From Flavobacteriales bacterium (GTDB taxonomy: Bacteria > Bacteroidota > Bacteroidia > NS11-12g > UBA955), in contig CANGWH010000003.1 of the NCBI GenBank assembly GCA_947457565.1, positions 1,764 through 65,763 of the forward strand: 64,000 bases of DNA, given 5' to 3'. The translations under genes and the position numbers were made by a program. The notes under the pieces are model-generated. The model was not told the origin of the DNA, searched no databases, and worked only from the letters and a program-made list of their open reading frames with translations. Every line of letters starts with the position of its first letter. The first letter of the stretch is position 1. Shown one piece after another: positions 36,431 through 47,996 of the stretch.

Positions 36431-37795
36431 TTACAAAAAAACATCAATAATGGATTCCTTTTGGATGTTTACTTGTCCAGGAAGTCCTCCTTTAACTTTT
36501 GTTACGAATTTCCTTAAAGTGAATATAACCGGTACAACCGATTGAGTTTTTGCTTTGCTATTAGTAGCCGCTAATTTTGCAGCTATCTCAACAATCTCCT
36601 TAGGGTATTCAATTCCTCGTTTTCGGATTATAACATGTGAGCCTGTAAAATCCTTTGCATGTAGCCATAAATCGTTTTTTGACGATAGGCGTAACAATTC
36701 ATCATTCGACTTTGCATTCTTTCCAACCCAAAGAGTATACCCCTGTATCGTTAATTCTTTGTAGGGTAACGTATCGGTTTTTTTAAGAACATCCTCTTTT
36801 TTGAAGGGTTTTAAATCTTTTAAATTATTGATTTCTAATATTTTGGAGTATTCTGCTTCGAGTAGCTTTATAGAGGTTTTGGTTGTTTCAATATTCTCTT
36901 TAAGTTTTTGATTTTCAATTACTTCATTTTTAGCCTTGCCGTAGTATTTTTTAGCATTATCGGCAGCTGACAAATCAGGATTTAATTTTAACCATATTCG
37001 TTGTTGCGTATAGTAATCAGTTACAAGAGCTTTGCTTATTCCGGGTCTAAGGGAATGGGCATGTGCGAGAATTAAATCACCAATTTCTTTATTACTTCGT
37101 TTTAGTTTTAAATTTTCTAAACGACTTATAGAATCTTTTAGTATCCTATTTAAATGCTGCAGTCGTTGCTCGGTCTTTCGAAGCTTTTGATGTTTTTGCG
37201 TCTGAAAGATATATTCTCTGAAAGCAGTTAAGCTTTTTGACTCCCAATGTTCTATACGTTCAATTAACTGTTGTTCAGTAATAATTGAAGCTGTGGCTGG
37301 ATATATTTCATGTAAGTGGAATTCCCAGTCGGATTTATTTCCCAATCTAAATATATTCGTTGGTGTGGGATGCCAAGCGTCAGCATCCTTGTCGAATTCT
37401 TGTAATAAAACATTACTAAATTTTCCAAACCCTTTAATCCATAAGCGTTTAGAATCGCTGAAATTAAAAAAAAACAGCCTATCATTGTCTATCGCACTTA
37501 CATTGGAAATCTTTGCATTTTCTAATTCTTTAAATTGTAATTGACCTTTCTTTGTGTTTGTTGAAGACAAGTCTTTTAATGAATTGAAAATCAGAAGATA
37601 ACCATCAATAATTTTGATTTCAATACACCTGCGAAAATTCTTTTTTGCAAATTGTAAATACAATGTGTCTTTATCGAAACTTTGGGCTCTTTCTAGGTAG
37701 GTTTCTCTCAATAAGTAGTCTAAATACGCCGCCCAATCCTGATAATAGATTTGAGTTGAAAACTGCTTCAAATCAATGTCTTGAGATATTAACAT
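36431..37795 (-). CDS. NFACT RNA-binding domain protein (RqcH/FbpA-like)
   Basis: DNDR, NAKKYYGKAK, VGKNAKSNDEL, LWLHAKDFTGSHVII, AAKLAATNSKA. Confidence 0.82.
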   Translation of the reverse strand: MLISQDIDLKQFSTQIYYQDWAAYLDYLLRETYLERAQSFDKDTLYLQFAKKNFRRCIEIKIIDGYLLIFNSLKDLSSTNTKKGQLQFKELENAKISNVSAIDNDRLFFFNFSDSKRLWIKGFGKFSNVLLQEFDKDADAWHPTPTNIFRLGNKSDWEFHLHEIYPATASIITEQQLIERIEHWESKSLTAFREYIFQTQKHQKLRKTEQRLQHLNRILKDSISRLENLKLKRSNKEIGDLILAHAHSLRPGISKALVTDYYTQQRIWLKLNPDLSAADNAKKYYGKAKNEVIENQKLKENIETTKTSIKLLEAEYSKILEINNLKDLKPFKKEDVLKKTDTLPYKELTIQGYTLWVGKNAKSNDELLRLSSKNDLWLHAKDFTGSHVIIRKRGIEYPKEIVEIAAKLAATNSKAKTQSVVPVIFTLRKFVTKVKGGLPGQVNIQKESIIDVFL

Positions 37796-37809
37796 AATCG
37801 AAAATTCAC

Positions 37810-38898
37810 TTATTTAGTAAGCGAAGCGATTGTTTTGAATACGTCTTCGTTAGAGAAGTATTGCTTTCGGTTTTCAGATTTAGATATAAATGGCAGAAGA
37901 TCTTGAATTCCCGATGCTGCTTTAATTTTTGGTCCATTTACAAGCATCCAAGTGTTTTTTGAATCAGAGGTTTTATGATCAAAAGAACCGAACTTATCAT
38001 TCCTACCATTAGGCTTGTAATCTCTGCCATGATCAGGTAAAATTATCCAATTGGTATTAAGTGCAAAGGAGGGGTTTAATGTTTGTAATTGAGAGTAAAG
38101 CCAAGCAATAGAGTAATCCAAACGATTCATATTTATTAGGGATTGTTTGAAATCGGAATGAGCAACATCCAAAAGTCTTGGATGTAATACTGAGAATTTA
38201 GGTTTAAATTCTTGTATAAATCCCAAAGCATCTTTAAACATGGGCAACGGTTCGGATAACGTACTATCTGCGATAATACGTTGATTGGAAACGTTTTGTA
38301 TAAGTATTTGTTTAATGGAATTATCAACTTGTTCATTAGTTCCGCGTATTTTTCTGCTGTTACCCGCTAAGTCGTGATGATAATATAATTTTTCCTTTCT
38401 TTTTGCTTTTGCAATCCACTGATTAAAAAACTCGGACGTTTCAGAAACTGTGAAAACTCCATTTGTATTAGTAATCGTATTTTGACTATTAAGTCCAAGA
38501 ATACTTAGTACCGCATCACAATGGTTAATTTGCTCAGATTGCCTTAGAATAAATTTTCCTGTAGATTCTAAAGGAGAAGATAAGATCTTTTGATTTAATG
38601 TTTGTTTCAATTGACCTTCAATATCCCTGATTCCAATTTGACTTGGTTGGAATAAATTTGGCATGACAGAACGTGTAAACGACTGATATATAGAGTTTTT
38701 AATTCCGGTACTTTCAGTTTCCCAACGATGGCCACCTCCCAACAAAACAACAATGGTATTTTGAGTAGCTAATGGATTGATATTCTTGATCTTTTTACTC
38801 TCTGATTCAAGTGATTTCAAGGCTGCCAGTGCATCGTCTAACAAAACTATCCCTGCAGAAACTATACTTGTTTTCTTTATAAATTCTTTTCTCTTCAC
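37810..38898 (-). CDS. Tat-like exported protein of the alkaline phosphatase/sulfatase-like superfamily (function unknown)
   Basis: MKRKEFIKK leader; LDVAH, ILPDHGR, DH, NGPKIK motifs. Confidence 0.55.
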   Translation of the reverse strand: MKRKEFIKKTSIVSAGIVLLDDALAALKSLESESKKIKNINPLATQNTIVVLLGGGHRWETESTGIKNSIYQSFTRSVMPNLFQPSQIGIRDIEGQLKQTLNQKILSSPLESTGKFILRQSEQINHCDAVLSILGLNSQNTITNTNGVFTVSETSEFFNQWIAKAKRKEKLYYHHDLAGNSRKIRGTNEQVDNSIKQILIQNVSNQRIIADSTLSEPLPMFKDALGFIQEFKPKFSVLHPRLLDVAHSDFKQSLINMNRLDYSIAWLYSQLQTLNPSFALNTNWIILPDHGRDYKPNGRNDKFGSFDHKTSDSKNTWMLVNGPKIKAASGIQDLLPFISKSENRKQYFSNEDVFKTIASLTK

Positions 38899-39005
38899 AG
38901 TCTCAAATTTACTATAAGCATTATAATTCTATACTATGATGAAATCAATTTAGAGGTAATAAGTTTTTTTATTTATTTCGCAGTAAATTAGACCGATAAA
39001 CAAAC

Positions 39006-40163
39006 ATGCCTTTTTATCATAAATCGGGAGAAATTCCAACCAAAAGACACACGCAATTTAGGAAGCCAGACGGAAGTTTATATTCGGAAGAATTGGTATC
39101 CACAGAAGGATTTAGTAGTGTATATTCATTAGTGTATCACTGTCATCCGCCAACTTTGGTTAAAGCAATGGGAGCGCCTATTGATGTTTCACCCAAAGCT
39201 GCTTTGGAGAAAAACATGCAACATCGGAGTTTTGTAACCTTTGATACACCCGCTTATGGCGATTATATCGAAAGCAGAAAAACTCTATTGTTTAACAGCG
39301 ATATACATATTGGTGTTGCGGCCCCAAAAGAAAGTACAACGAAGTATTTTTTTAAAAATGCCGATGCTGATGAAGTACTTTTTATCCACGAAGGATCTGG
39401 TAAATTACTAACATTGTATGGGGAGATTAATTTCGAATACGGTGATTATTTAGTTATTCCTCGAGGAACAATCTATCAACTTCATTTTAACACACCGGAT
39501 AATCGGATGTTAGTAGTAGAATCTCCCAGTCCAATCTATCCTCCAAAGAGATACCAAAACTCGGTAGGGCAATTAATGGAACATTCCCCTTATTGTGAGC
39601 GGGATATCAAATTACCGGTTAATTTAAAAACCAATGATCAACATGGAGATTATTTGGTTTACATAAAAAAACAAGGCATGCTATGGCCTTACACCTATGC
39701 AACACATCCCTTTGATGCAATAGGATGGGACGGATACTTATATCCTTTTGGTTTTAGTATTCATAATTTCGAGCCGATTACGGGTCGATTGCATATGCCT
39801 CCGCCAATTCATCAAACCTTTGAAGGTAGGAATTTTGTAATTTGTAGCTTCGTTCCTAGAATGTATGATTATCATCCACAATCCATTCCGGCACCATACA
39901 ACCATTCAAATGTTGATAGCGATGAGATTTTATATTATGTGGATGGTGATTTTATGTCTCGCAAACATGTTGAACGTGGTATGATTACGTTGCATCCAAA
40001 GGGAATTCCACACGGACCACATCCAGGAACCGTTGAAAAAAGTATTGGAGCCAAAGAAACTAAAGAATTAGCGGTTATGATTGACCCGTTCTATCCATTG
40101 ATGATTACTCAAGAGGCCATGAATGTTGAGGATCCAAACTATTGGAAATCTTGGGTAGAATAA
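39006..40163 (+). CDS. hmgA: Homogentisate 1,2-dioxygenase
   Basis: NADADE, HPFDAIGWDG, HMPPPIHQTF, PYNHSNVDSDE, PHGPHPG. Confidence 0.95.
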   Translation: MPFYHKSGEIPTKRHTQFRKPDGSLYSEELVSTEGFSSVYSLVYHCHPPTLVKAMGAPIDVSPKAALEKNMQHRSFVTFDTPAYGDYIESRKTLLFNSDIHIGVAAPKESTTKYFFKNADADEVLFIHEGSGKLLTLYGEINFEYGDYLVIPRGTIYQLHFNTPDNRMLVVESPSPIYPPKRYQNSVGQLMEHSPYCERDIKLPVNLKTNDQHGDYLVYIKKQGMLWPYTYATHPFDAIGWDGYLYPFGFSIHNFEPITGRLHMPPPIHQTFEGRNFVICSFVPRMYDYHPQSIPAPYNHSNVDSDEILYYVDGDFMSRKHVERGMITLHPKGIPHGPHPGTVEKSIGAKETKELAVMIDPFYPLMITQEAMNVEDPNYWKSWVE

Positions 40164-40177
40164 CGATTTTTGTTAGG

Positions 40178-43100
40178 ATGAGAAATTCCTACCAGAATCG
40201 GACTATATTTTTTACAATTCTTTTTTTATTTCTTGGTGACTCTTACGTTTTAGGTCAAACGCAAAAAAATCAGAGTTACCATAAAGTTGTTCGGAAAACC
40301 GAAAGAAAACTAAGTAAAAGTTTTTCGAAGCCATCCATCCAGTTAACTGCGCCAAGGAAAGAAGAAGAAACACCATTGGGGTGGTGGATACAGGAATATG
40401 TAGCCACTATGGATCCAAAATTAGGCAAACCAACCCCCGAAGAGTTATTTCCAGAAATGGTTAGGCTTAATTCAAAGTCGGTTACCCAGAGAGCTCAACC
40501 GGGTGGCACTAAAACACAATGGGAGAGACGTGGACCAAATAATTTGGCAGGTCGCAGTAGATGTGTAGAATTTGACCCAACCGTAAGTACAGGAAAAAAA
40601 GTATGGGCAGGTGCTGTAACAGGTGGTTTATGGTATAATAATGATATAACATCCAGTACCAGTAAATGGGTTTCGGTTTCTGATTTATGGGCAAATATTA
40701 CAGTAACGTCCATCGCATTCGATCCAAACGAACCGGGTACCATGTATGTAGGTACTGGGGAAGGTTGGGGTACAACATCCTCAAGTTCAAGAGGTTATGG
40801 GATTTTTAAAAGTACTGATTCAGGTAGAACGTTTCAACATTTAGCCAATACCGCAAGTTACTATTATGTGAATGACTTAGTTGTTCGAAATGAAGCGGGT
40901 AAATCTGTGGTTTATGCTGCGGTTGACGTTTTGTGGTTTGCTGGTTCATGGCACGGTGGTGCAACATCAACTGGTATTTATAGAAGCACAAACGGCGGTA
41001 GTAGTTTTACCAATTTAAATATTCGGCCTACCGGACAATCGTTCAATTATGCACCCGCCGATTTTGAAATAGATGCATATAATCGGTTGTGGGTTGGAAC
41101 AAGACAAAATTCTGCAACAGGCACAACGGACAAGGGTGGTGGGAGAGTTCTATATTCCGATAATGGGTCTACATTTTCTGTTGCTTATACCTATACCGGT
41201 GGATCAACTTCCAGAGTGGAATTGGGCGTATCACCGAATCATTTAGCGGTGTATGCTATGATTGAAAAATCGGGGAAAGCGGATACATTGGTAAAATCAT
41301 TGGATAGGGGTGCCACATGGCAAAAAATGACCAAGCCACGTGATGCAGACAATGGAATCGCTAAAACAGATTTTTCTCGTAACCAAGCATGGTACGATTG
41401 GATTATAACCGTAAGTCCCAAAGATTCCAATATTTTGGTGTGTGGAGCTATCGATATGTTTTATAGCGCAAATGGTGGTAGTAGTTGGGGGCAAGCCAGC
41501 AAATGGAGTAATAATCCGGGTTTAGATAAATTGAATTGTAGTTATGTTCATGCCGATATTCACGACTTGAAGTTTAATTCTGACGGTAAAAGGCTCCTTG
41601 TTGGTTGCGATGGTGGGGTGTTTTATTCTGCAGATATTAATAATAATCCAACAACAAATTCCAATTGTTTGGTTGAAAGAAACAATGAATTATTGATTAC
41701 TCAATTTTACTGGGGCGATATTTCTCAAACCAAAGGGTCCAACTTTATGATGGCTGGTGCACAGGATAACGGGACTCATGCGTTTGTATCATCTGGATTA
41801 AACGATAAAAGGCAAATTACAGGAGGTGATGGTGGATATTGTTTTATTTCATCGCTAAACGACAATAAACAAGTCGCCTCCTATGTTTACAATCAATTTT
41901 TCGGAACTACCAACGCATGGTCGAGTTTTACGAAACTAATCGATGATGGAACAACGGGTAAGTTTATCAATCCTGCTGTTTTAGATCCTTTGAATGATTT
42001 GTTATTTACTGGTAAAGGTGCCGGGACAATTTACCGCAATAAATTGGGGAATTTATCCTCGGCCGCGGTGACCATTACATTTGGAGCCACATCGCTAGGT
42101 AATGCATCTGCATTTTTTGCTTCAAAATCGTCTTCAGGTAAACCGATGATTTACATAGGCACAGATGCGGGTAAAGTTGTTGTCACTAATGATGCTTCGT
42201 TAACAACCCCATCGTTCACGAATATTACGGGTACTATTGGGGCAGGAAATATTAGCGGGATTTTCCGACACAATGAGTCGGATTCCATCTTTGTTACATT
42301 GTCAAATTATGGGGTTTCGAATATCTATTTTTCGCCAGATGGCGGTAAAAATTGGATTGTAAAAGATGGAAACTTACCCAATATGCCGGTTTGGTCCATT
42401 TTAGTTAACCCTAATAAGCTCGGTGAAGCGTTAATTGCTACAGAATTAGGCATTTACGGAACCTCTAATATCTATGCGACTACGGTTACTTGGACCCCTT
42501 ATAATATGGGTATGGGGCCAGTTAAAACAATGGCATTAAGATATAGGAATAATGATCGAACAATAATGGCCGTTACACATGGGAGAGGGGTATTCACTTC
42601 TGATGCATGGAGTAAAGAATCACTTATCGTAGTATTTGGTTCGGATAAGCAGAAAGTTTGTGCGACTGAAATAGTATCATTGAAGGATTCAACGTTAAAT
42701 GCTCCAACTTCTTGGAAATGGAAAGTTGTACCAGATTCTGGAGTTGTTTTTCGAAGCGGAACAAGTAGTACTTCACAAAATCCAAAGATTCAATTCACTC
42801 GAGGGGGTAAATATGAAATTTCCTTAGAAGCTACTAATACCTTGGGTTCGGATGTGTTAACCAAAATAGATTTTATCGAAGTATCAGACTCAATTACATT
42901 TTCTGCTAATCTGATAAGTAGTAAAGGTATATATTGTGTAAATGATACGTTCTCATTAACCATTTACCTTAATGCCGATTCAATACTGAATAAAGATTCT
43001 TTAAGTTATAGCTGGAAAAAGAATAACGCGACAATCTCGGCAGCAAATACAATTAGTTTATGGGGTTTGAAACCCAATATGTTGGATAAGTATCAAGCGA

Positions 43101-43651
43101 TAATTTCTAGTTCACAATATTGTGTTAGCCCTAAACTTGTCACAGTTTCCGATACAATTAAATCAATCTATGGCGTAAAAAATTTAGCCATTACTCGTTT
43201 TATGGATACGCTAACTGCAGAAAATGTAGGCTCCGGTGATTATGTATGGTTTAAAAACGGAATAGAAGTAGACCGAGGAAGAATCATCAAAGCAAAAAGC
43301 AATGGAAGCTATCGATGCGTTTATACAGAAAATGGTTGCAATAGTGATTCCAGCAATATTCTAAATTTCAATTCTTTACAAGCGCTAAAACATGAAAAAT
43401 CAAATAATATATCCATTTTTCCTACCGTAACAGATGGCTTATTGAATATAGATGGTCTAAACCGTAACACAACTTTGTTAATTTACAGAGCTACCGGTGA
43501 AAAAATAGCGACAAAACAACTATTAACCGGTTTACAGTCGATAGATTTAAGAGGACTAAATATAAGTGAAGGTGTTTACCTTATATCTATTAATGATGAG
43601 TGGAATAATTGTCTAAGTAAATCCAAGATTATTTTTTCGGTATTACCTTGA
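40178..43651 (+). CDS. T9SS-secreted BNR/VPS10-type beta-propeller protein with PKD domain
   Basis: Asp-box repeats, GAQDNGT, GGDGG, THGRG, PKD-like PTSWKW...QNPKIQF, C-terminal IFPTV...GVYLI..KII sorting domain; ATG 40178 preferred. Confidence 0.8.
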   Translation: MRNSYQNRTIFFTILFLFLGDSYVLGQTQKNQSYHKVVRKTERKLSKSFSKPSIQLTAPRKEEETPLGWWIQEYVATMDPKLGKPTPEELFPEMVRLNSKSVTQRAQPGGTKTQWERRGPNNLAGRSRCVEFDPTVSTGKKVWAGAVTGGLWYNNDITSSTSKWVSVSDLWANITVTSIAFDPNEPGTMYVGTGEGWGTTSSSSRGYGIFKSTDSGRTFQHLANTASYYYVNDLVVRNEAGKSVVYAAVDVLWFAGSWHGGATSTGIYRSTNGGSSFTNLNIRPTGQSFNYAPADFEIDAYNRLWVGTRQNSATGTTDKGGGRVLYSDNGSTFSVAYTYTGGSTSRVELGVSPNHLAVYAMIEKSGKADTLVKSLDRGATWQKMTKPRDADNGIAKTDFSRNQAWYDWIITVSPKDSNILVCGAIDMFYSANGGSSWGQASKWSNNPGLDKLNCSYVHADIHDLKFNSDGKRLLVGCDGGVFYSADINNNPTTNSNCLVERNNELLITQFYWGDISQTKGSNFMMAGAQDNGTHAFVSSGLNDKRQITGGDGGYCFISSLNDNKQVASYVYNQFFGTTNAWSSFTKLIDDGTTGKFINPAVLDPLNDLLFTGKGAGTIYRNKLGNLSSAAVTITFGATSLGNASAFFASKSSSGKPMIYIGTDAGKVVVTNDASLTTPSFTNITGTIGAGNISGIFRHNESDSIFVTLSNYGVSNIYFSPDGGKNWIVKDGNLPNMPVWSILVNPNKLGEALIATELGIYGTSNIYATTVTWTPYNMGMGPVKTMALRYRNNDRTIMAVTHGRGVFTSDAWSKESLIVVFGSDKQKVCATEIVSLKDSTLNAPTSWKWKVVPDSGVVFRSGTSSTSQNPKIQFTRGGKYEISLEATNTLGSDVLTKIDFIEVSDSITFSANLISSKGIYCVNDTFSLTIYLNADSILNKDSLSYSWKKNNATISAANTISLWGLKPNMLDKYQAIISSSQYCVSPKLVTVSDTIKSIYGVKNLAITRFMDTLTAENVGSGDYVWFKNGIEVDRGRIIKAKSNGSYRCVYTENGCNSDSSNILNFNSLQALKHEKSNNISIFPTVTDGLLNIDGLNRNTTLLIYRATGEKIATKQLLTGLQSIDLRGLNISEGVYLISINDEWNNCLSKSKIIFSVLP

Positions 43652-43932
43652 TAGCAATAATGCAAGTTTCTATTAATATCTAATTATCTCATTGATTACT
43701 TAAGTGATCTCGTTTGAATTGGTACAAGTAAACAATGTAATAGCAGCCTGGAGATTGGGAATCACCTAGGTGACGTTGAATAGTATTTTAGGATTCTGAG
43801 TATTAATTAAGGTTTTGTGAATGTAGCTGTGCAACAATAACACAATGACTAAGAGAGAATATGATTGGATATAATTTCTTACGATATGATTATTAGTATG
43901 CATTGCAGCATGGTCACAATATCCTTGAATAT

Positions 43933-43960
43933 CTGTTTTATAATTTACATTATGTTAAAT
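43933..43960 (+). other. dif: Probable chromosomal dif site (XerC/XerD recombination site)
   Basis: CTGTTTTATAA-TTTACA-TTATGTTAAAT: 11-6-11 layout, exact canonical XerD arm, ATAA/TTAT inner palindrome, intergenic. Confidence 0.88.
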
Positions 43961-43967
43961 TGGTAAA

Positions 43968-44001
43968 TAAAAGAAAAGAGCATCATTGCCCGATGCTCTT
44001 T
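43968..44001 (-). terminator. Intrinsic terminator of the gyrA-TPR transcript
   Basis: AAAGAGCATC-ATTGCCC-GATGCTCTTT stem with A-rich flank giving a minus-strand U-tract. Confidence 0.8.
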
Positions 44002-44031
44002 CTTCTTATACAATTATATTGTCTCCTAATT

Positions 44032-45279
44032 TCACTTTCCTCCAGCAGCCAATTCCTCTTCCAACGACTTCTGTAAATCTGCATACCGTTTCGCACAATC
44101 GTTATCCAACATCTCTAAGCACGCTGTTTTCAGGCCTTTACATATGTTAACCTGATCGCTCAAGGAATACTCGGTATTACTTAAAGCAACTTCCAAGTAT
44201 TTTTTTGCATTTCCAAAAGTCATTTTAATCTCCTCTTCAACCAATTTTTTCTTCGCTCCTGTTGCAGCAGCTTTTTTCTCATACAATTCTTTGCCTTCAA
44301 CCTTCATAATCATTAGCCCAAGGTTGAAATTCGCATTAAAGTTAGCGGGATCTATTTCTACCGCTTTTTTGTAATCTTCAATGGCCTTTTTACCGTTATT
44401 GCTAAGTTCATTTAAATATCCTCGAGTGTAATACAAATTGCTATTACTTGGATCCAGTTCAATTTGCTTACTTACATCAGTCATCAATTTAACTTCTTGG
44501 CGTGTTTTTATGTAAAAATTCATCAGCAATTGAAAATATTCCTGAGCATTACCTGATTTATCGACAGCTTCTCTCACTGTTTTTTCTGCGGTTAAAGTAT
44601 CTCCGTTTAATAAATAATTATTGGAAAGAGCCTCCACTAAACTTGGAGATGTATTGCCTTTTGCAACTAAATCTTTGATTAACTGCATGCCAGCATTTTT
44701 ATCTTTATTATTTAATGCACAATAAACTAAACGATCAACAATAAAGGGTCGTTCAATTTTATTGTTTCTTAATAAACTTAAAGTAGCGGTATCAAGATTA
44801 TCGTACAATGGCAATAAAAGTTGGTAATATGTACCGATAGTATTAAAATCTTTACTTTCCCATAATTCACCAGATTCATTTAAAACTGCAATAAAGGTTT
44901 TACCCATCTCTCCTTTAGCTGTTTCAACTATGTCTGCTTTTTTAGGTGCGGCACTATTAATAAATTGCAACATAGCATCACCGGAAGTATAACCTGCTTT
45001 AGTCGCATAAGGTTTAAGTACTTCTTGATTGCGATTTTCATACAATCTGCTATAGACCATACTTTTTATCACAAACATTTTTGGCAATTGAGAGGTTTTA
45101 GCGTTAACAGCAGCCTTGTCGATCTGTTCTTTAGCGCTAATTAATTCGTCTAAAGAATTGCTAAATAATGAATACTCCGCTGAGTTAACAGCTTGCATTT
45201 GAGCGGATGAGCTACCAATAATTCCTACTGCTAAAGCTAATCCTAAGGATAATTTACCCAATTTTTTCATATTATTCAT
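44032..45279 (-). CDS. Tetratricopeptide repeat protein (signal peptide), downstream of gyrA; start 45279 or 45270
   Basis: [15 protein letters not shown] and [19 protein letters not shown] motifs; gyrA-TPR adjacency is common in Bacteroidota. Confidence 0.82.
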   Translation of the reverse strand: MNNMKKLGKLSLGLALAVGIIGSSSAQMQAVNSAEYSLFSNSLDELISAKEQIDKAAVNAKTSQLPKMFVIKSMVYSRLYENRNQEVLKPYATKAGYTSGDAMLQFINSAAPKKADIVETAKGEMGKTFIAVLNESGELWESKDFNTIGTYYQLLLPLYDNLDTATLSLLRNNKIERPFIVDRLVYCALNNKDKNAGMQLIKDLVAKGNTSPSLVEALSNNYLLNGDTLTAEKTVREAVDKSGNAQEYFQLLMNFYIKTRQEVKLMTDVSKQIELDPSNSNLYYTRGYLNELSNNGKKAIEDYKKAVEIDPANFNANFNLGLMIMKVEGKELYEKKAAATGAKKKLVEEEIKMTFGNAKKYLEVALSNTEYSLSDQVNICKGLKTACLEMLDNDCAKRYADLQKSLEEELAAGGK

Positions 45280-47830
45280 TGGTTTCATTTGTGTTTTCCG
45301 ATTCAGTGTTTTCTGTAGGTACATCCACAATGATATCTCCTTCAGTTACTATTTCCTCTTCTTCCTCTTCCCTAGGAGTCTTGGCCAATCCAGCAATTGA
45401 ATCTTTTTCTTTTAAGTTAATGAGTCGAACCCCTTGCGTGGCTCTGCCCATAATTCTTAACTTATCAATCGCCGTTCTGATGGTCATGCCGCTTTTGCAG
45501 ATAATCATCAAGCCATCCTCTTCTGTAACCGATAAGATACCTACCAAATTCCCTGTTTTTTCAGTTATTGAAATGGTTTTCACACCTTTACCGCCCCTAC
45601 CGGTGATTCTATAATCATCCACGTCGGTGCGCTTTCCATAACCTTTTTCACTGAGAACAAGAATTGTGGTGTCACTTGACGAAGGATTTACACAAACCAT
45701 GCCAATTACCTCGTCTTCATCGGATTCAAGTGTTACACCTTTTACCCCTGCTGCTGTCCTGCCCATGGGTCTGACGGTTTTTTCAGGGAATCGAATTGCT
45801 TTACCCAGTTTCTTGGCAATTAATACCTCGCTTTGCCCATCGGTTAAACAAGCTTGTAACAATTCATCGCCATCCCTAACAGTTATCGCATTAATTCCAT
45901 TTGCCCGTGGTCTTGAATAAGCTTCCAAAGAAGTTTTCTTCACAACACCTCGTTTGGTAACCATGATGATGGAATTATTGTTTAAATAATCTTCGTCTTT
46001 CAGGTTTTTAACATTTAAATATGCTTTAACCTTATCATCAGGAGGTAAATTAATTAAATTTTGTATGGGTCTTCCTTTAGTATTCTTTCCACCTTCTGGG
46101 ATTTCATACACCTTCAACCAAAAACATCTACCCTGCTCCGTAAATAATAACAAGTAATTATGCGCCGTAGCAACAAATAAATGTTCTACAAAGTCTTCAT
46201 CCCGATGCGCAACGCCTTTAAGACCTTTTCCTCCGCGATTCTGTTCTTTGTACTCAGCCAACGCAGTTCTCTTTATATAGCCCATATGCGATATAGTAAT
46301 TACCACATCTTCATCGGGAATCAAATCCTCAATGTTAATCTCTTCAGCGTTAAATACTATATCTGTCCGACGTTTATCTCCGTACTTATCTTTAACCTCA
46401 TTAACTTCGGATTTGATAATGCCCATTCGCATATCTTCACTTTCCAAAATAGATTCCAAATACTGAATTTCTTTCAAAACTTCATTATATTCTTCTCTGA
46501 TTTTATCAATCTCAAGGCCAGTTAAACGCTGTAAACGCATATCCAGAATTGCCTTGGATTGAATTTCGCTTAATCCGAAATTACTCATTAATCCATCACG
46601 GGCTTCTTCTGGAGTTTTACTTTTTCTAATTAATGCAATTACCGCATCTAAATTATCCAAAGCAATAATTAGACCTTCTAAAATATGAATTCGTTTTCTT
46701 GCTTCTTCTAATAAATATTTGGTTCTACGAAGTACAATCTCATGCCTATGTTCCACATAATAATGAATCATATCTTTGAGATTTAACATTTCTGGTTTCC
46801 CTTTAACCAGAGCAATATTGTTTACCGAGAAGCTGCTTTGCAACGGTGTATACTTGTATAGCTGATTTAAAACAATGTTAGCGATAGCATCACGTTTTAA
46901 TTCAAATACAATTCTCATCCCTTGTCTTCCACTTTCATCTCGAACAGCAGAAATCCCATCAATTACTTTTTCATGGATTAAATCAACGGCTTTCAAAATA
47001 ATCTGTGGTGGAGAAACCTGATAAGGAACTTGAGTCACAATAATCATTTCTTTACCGGTGCTTGTAACTTCAATCTCCGCCTTACCGCGCATAACTACCC
47101 TACCACGTCCAGTTTCGAACGCATCTTTAATGCCCTCAACACCATAAATTATTCCACCCGTTGGAAAATCAGGACCCTTTACATATTGCATTAATTCGGT
47201 CGCAGTGATTTCCTTATTCTCTATATACGCTATAACTCCATCACAAACTTCCGATAAATTATGAGGTGCCATATTTGTAGCCATACCAACAGCAATTCCT
47301 GATGCACCATTCACCAATAAATTTGGTATTTTGGCTGGCATTACCGTGGGCTCTTGTAAACTTTCATCAAAATTTGGCCGAAAATCTACTGTATTCTTAT
47401 CGATGTCAACCATCATTTCCTCCGCAATTCTGCGAAGACGAGCCTCTGTATAACGCATAGCTGCCGGAGGATCTCCATCAATTGAACCATAATTACCTTG
47501 ACCGTCAACAAAAGGATAACGTAAACTCCAGTCTTGAGCCATACGAACCATTGTATCATAAACACTGCTATCTCCGTGAGGGTGATATTTACCTAATACT
47601 TCCCCAACGATACGAGCCGACTTTTTATAGGGTCTACTTGCACCAAGTCCTAGTTCTACCATACCATACAAAACCCTGCGATGCACAGGTTTTAGTCCGT
47701 CTCTAACATCCGGTAAAGCACGAGATACAATAACCGACATCGAATAGTCGATGTAGGCGGTTTTCATTTCATCCTCAATATTTATTGGGATGATTCTACC
47801 AGTATTTAAGTTTTCGTTTAGTTCTTCCAT
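45272..47830 (-). CDS. gyrA: DNA gyrase subunit A
   Basis: [31 protein letters not shown] (catalytic Tyr), GyrA box QNRGGKG, acidic tail. Confidence 0.98.
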   Translation of the reverse strand: MEELNENLNTGRIIPINIEDEMKTAYIDYSMSVIVSRALPDVRDGLKPVHRRVLYGMVELGLGASRPYKKSARIVGEVLGKYHPHGDSSVYDTMVRMAQDWSLRYPFVDGQGNYGSIDGDPPAAMRYTEARLRRIAEEMMVDIDKNTVDFRPNFDESLQEPTVMPAKIPNLLVNGASGIAVGMATNMAPHNLSEVCDGVIAYIENKEITATELMQYVKGPDFPTGGIIYGVEGIKDAFETGRGRVVMRGKAEIEVTSTGKEMIIVTQVPYQVSPPQIILKAVDLIHEKVIDGISAVRDESGRQGMRIVFELKRDAIANIVLNQLYKYTPLQSSFSVNNIALVKGKPEMLNLKDMIHYYVEHRHEIVLRRTKYLLEEARKRIHILEGLIIALDNLDAVIALIRKSKTPEEARDGLMSNFGLSEIQSKAILDMRLQRLTGLEIDKIREEYNEVLKEIQYLESILESEDMRMGIIKSEVNEVKDKYGDKRRTDIVFNAEEINIEDLIPDEDVVITISHMGYIKRTALAEYKEQNRGGKGLKGVAHRDEDFVEHLFVATAHNYLLLFTEQGRCFWLKVYEIPEGGKNTKGRPIQNLINLPPDDKVKAYLNVKNLKDEDYLNNNSIIMVTKRGVVKKTSLEAYSRPRANGINAITVRDGDELLQACLTDGQSEVLIAKKLGKAIRFPEKTVRPMGRTAAGVKGVTLESDEDEVIGMVCVNPSSSDTTILVLSEKGYGKRTDVDDYRITGRGGKGVKTISITEKTGNLVGILSVTEEDGLMIICKSGMTIRTAIDKLRIMGRATQGVRLINLKEKDSIAGLAKTPREEEEEEIVTEGDIIVDVPTENTESENTNETNE

Positions 47831-47927
47831 GCACTAAATCTTATAGATTTACAAATTAAGGGTTTTAGATAGAAAAACCTTTGAAAAATTGGTCTATGTT
47901 GCCAACATATTGTTTACATTTTTCAAT

Positions 47928-47966
47928 AAAAAAAGGGGTTGTCAAGCATCGCTTGCAACCCCTTTT
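47928..47966 (-). terminator. Intrinsic terminator downstream of the M16 peptidase gene
   Basis: AAAAGGGGTTG(T)CAAGC-ATC-GCTTGCAACCCCTTTT hairpin with A-run on the left. Confidence 0.85.
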
Positions 47967-47996
47967 GTAAGATTTAATTTAATTTCTATTTCAACT

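Noticed and set aside
43652-43930. Long intergenic region as possible sRNA or CRISPR-like array
   Set aside because: No direct repeats and only a weak hairpin near 43746-43772; the gap is adequately explained by the dif site
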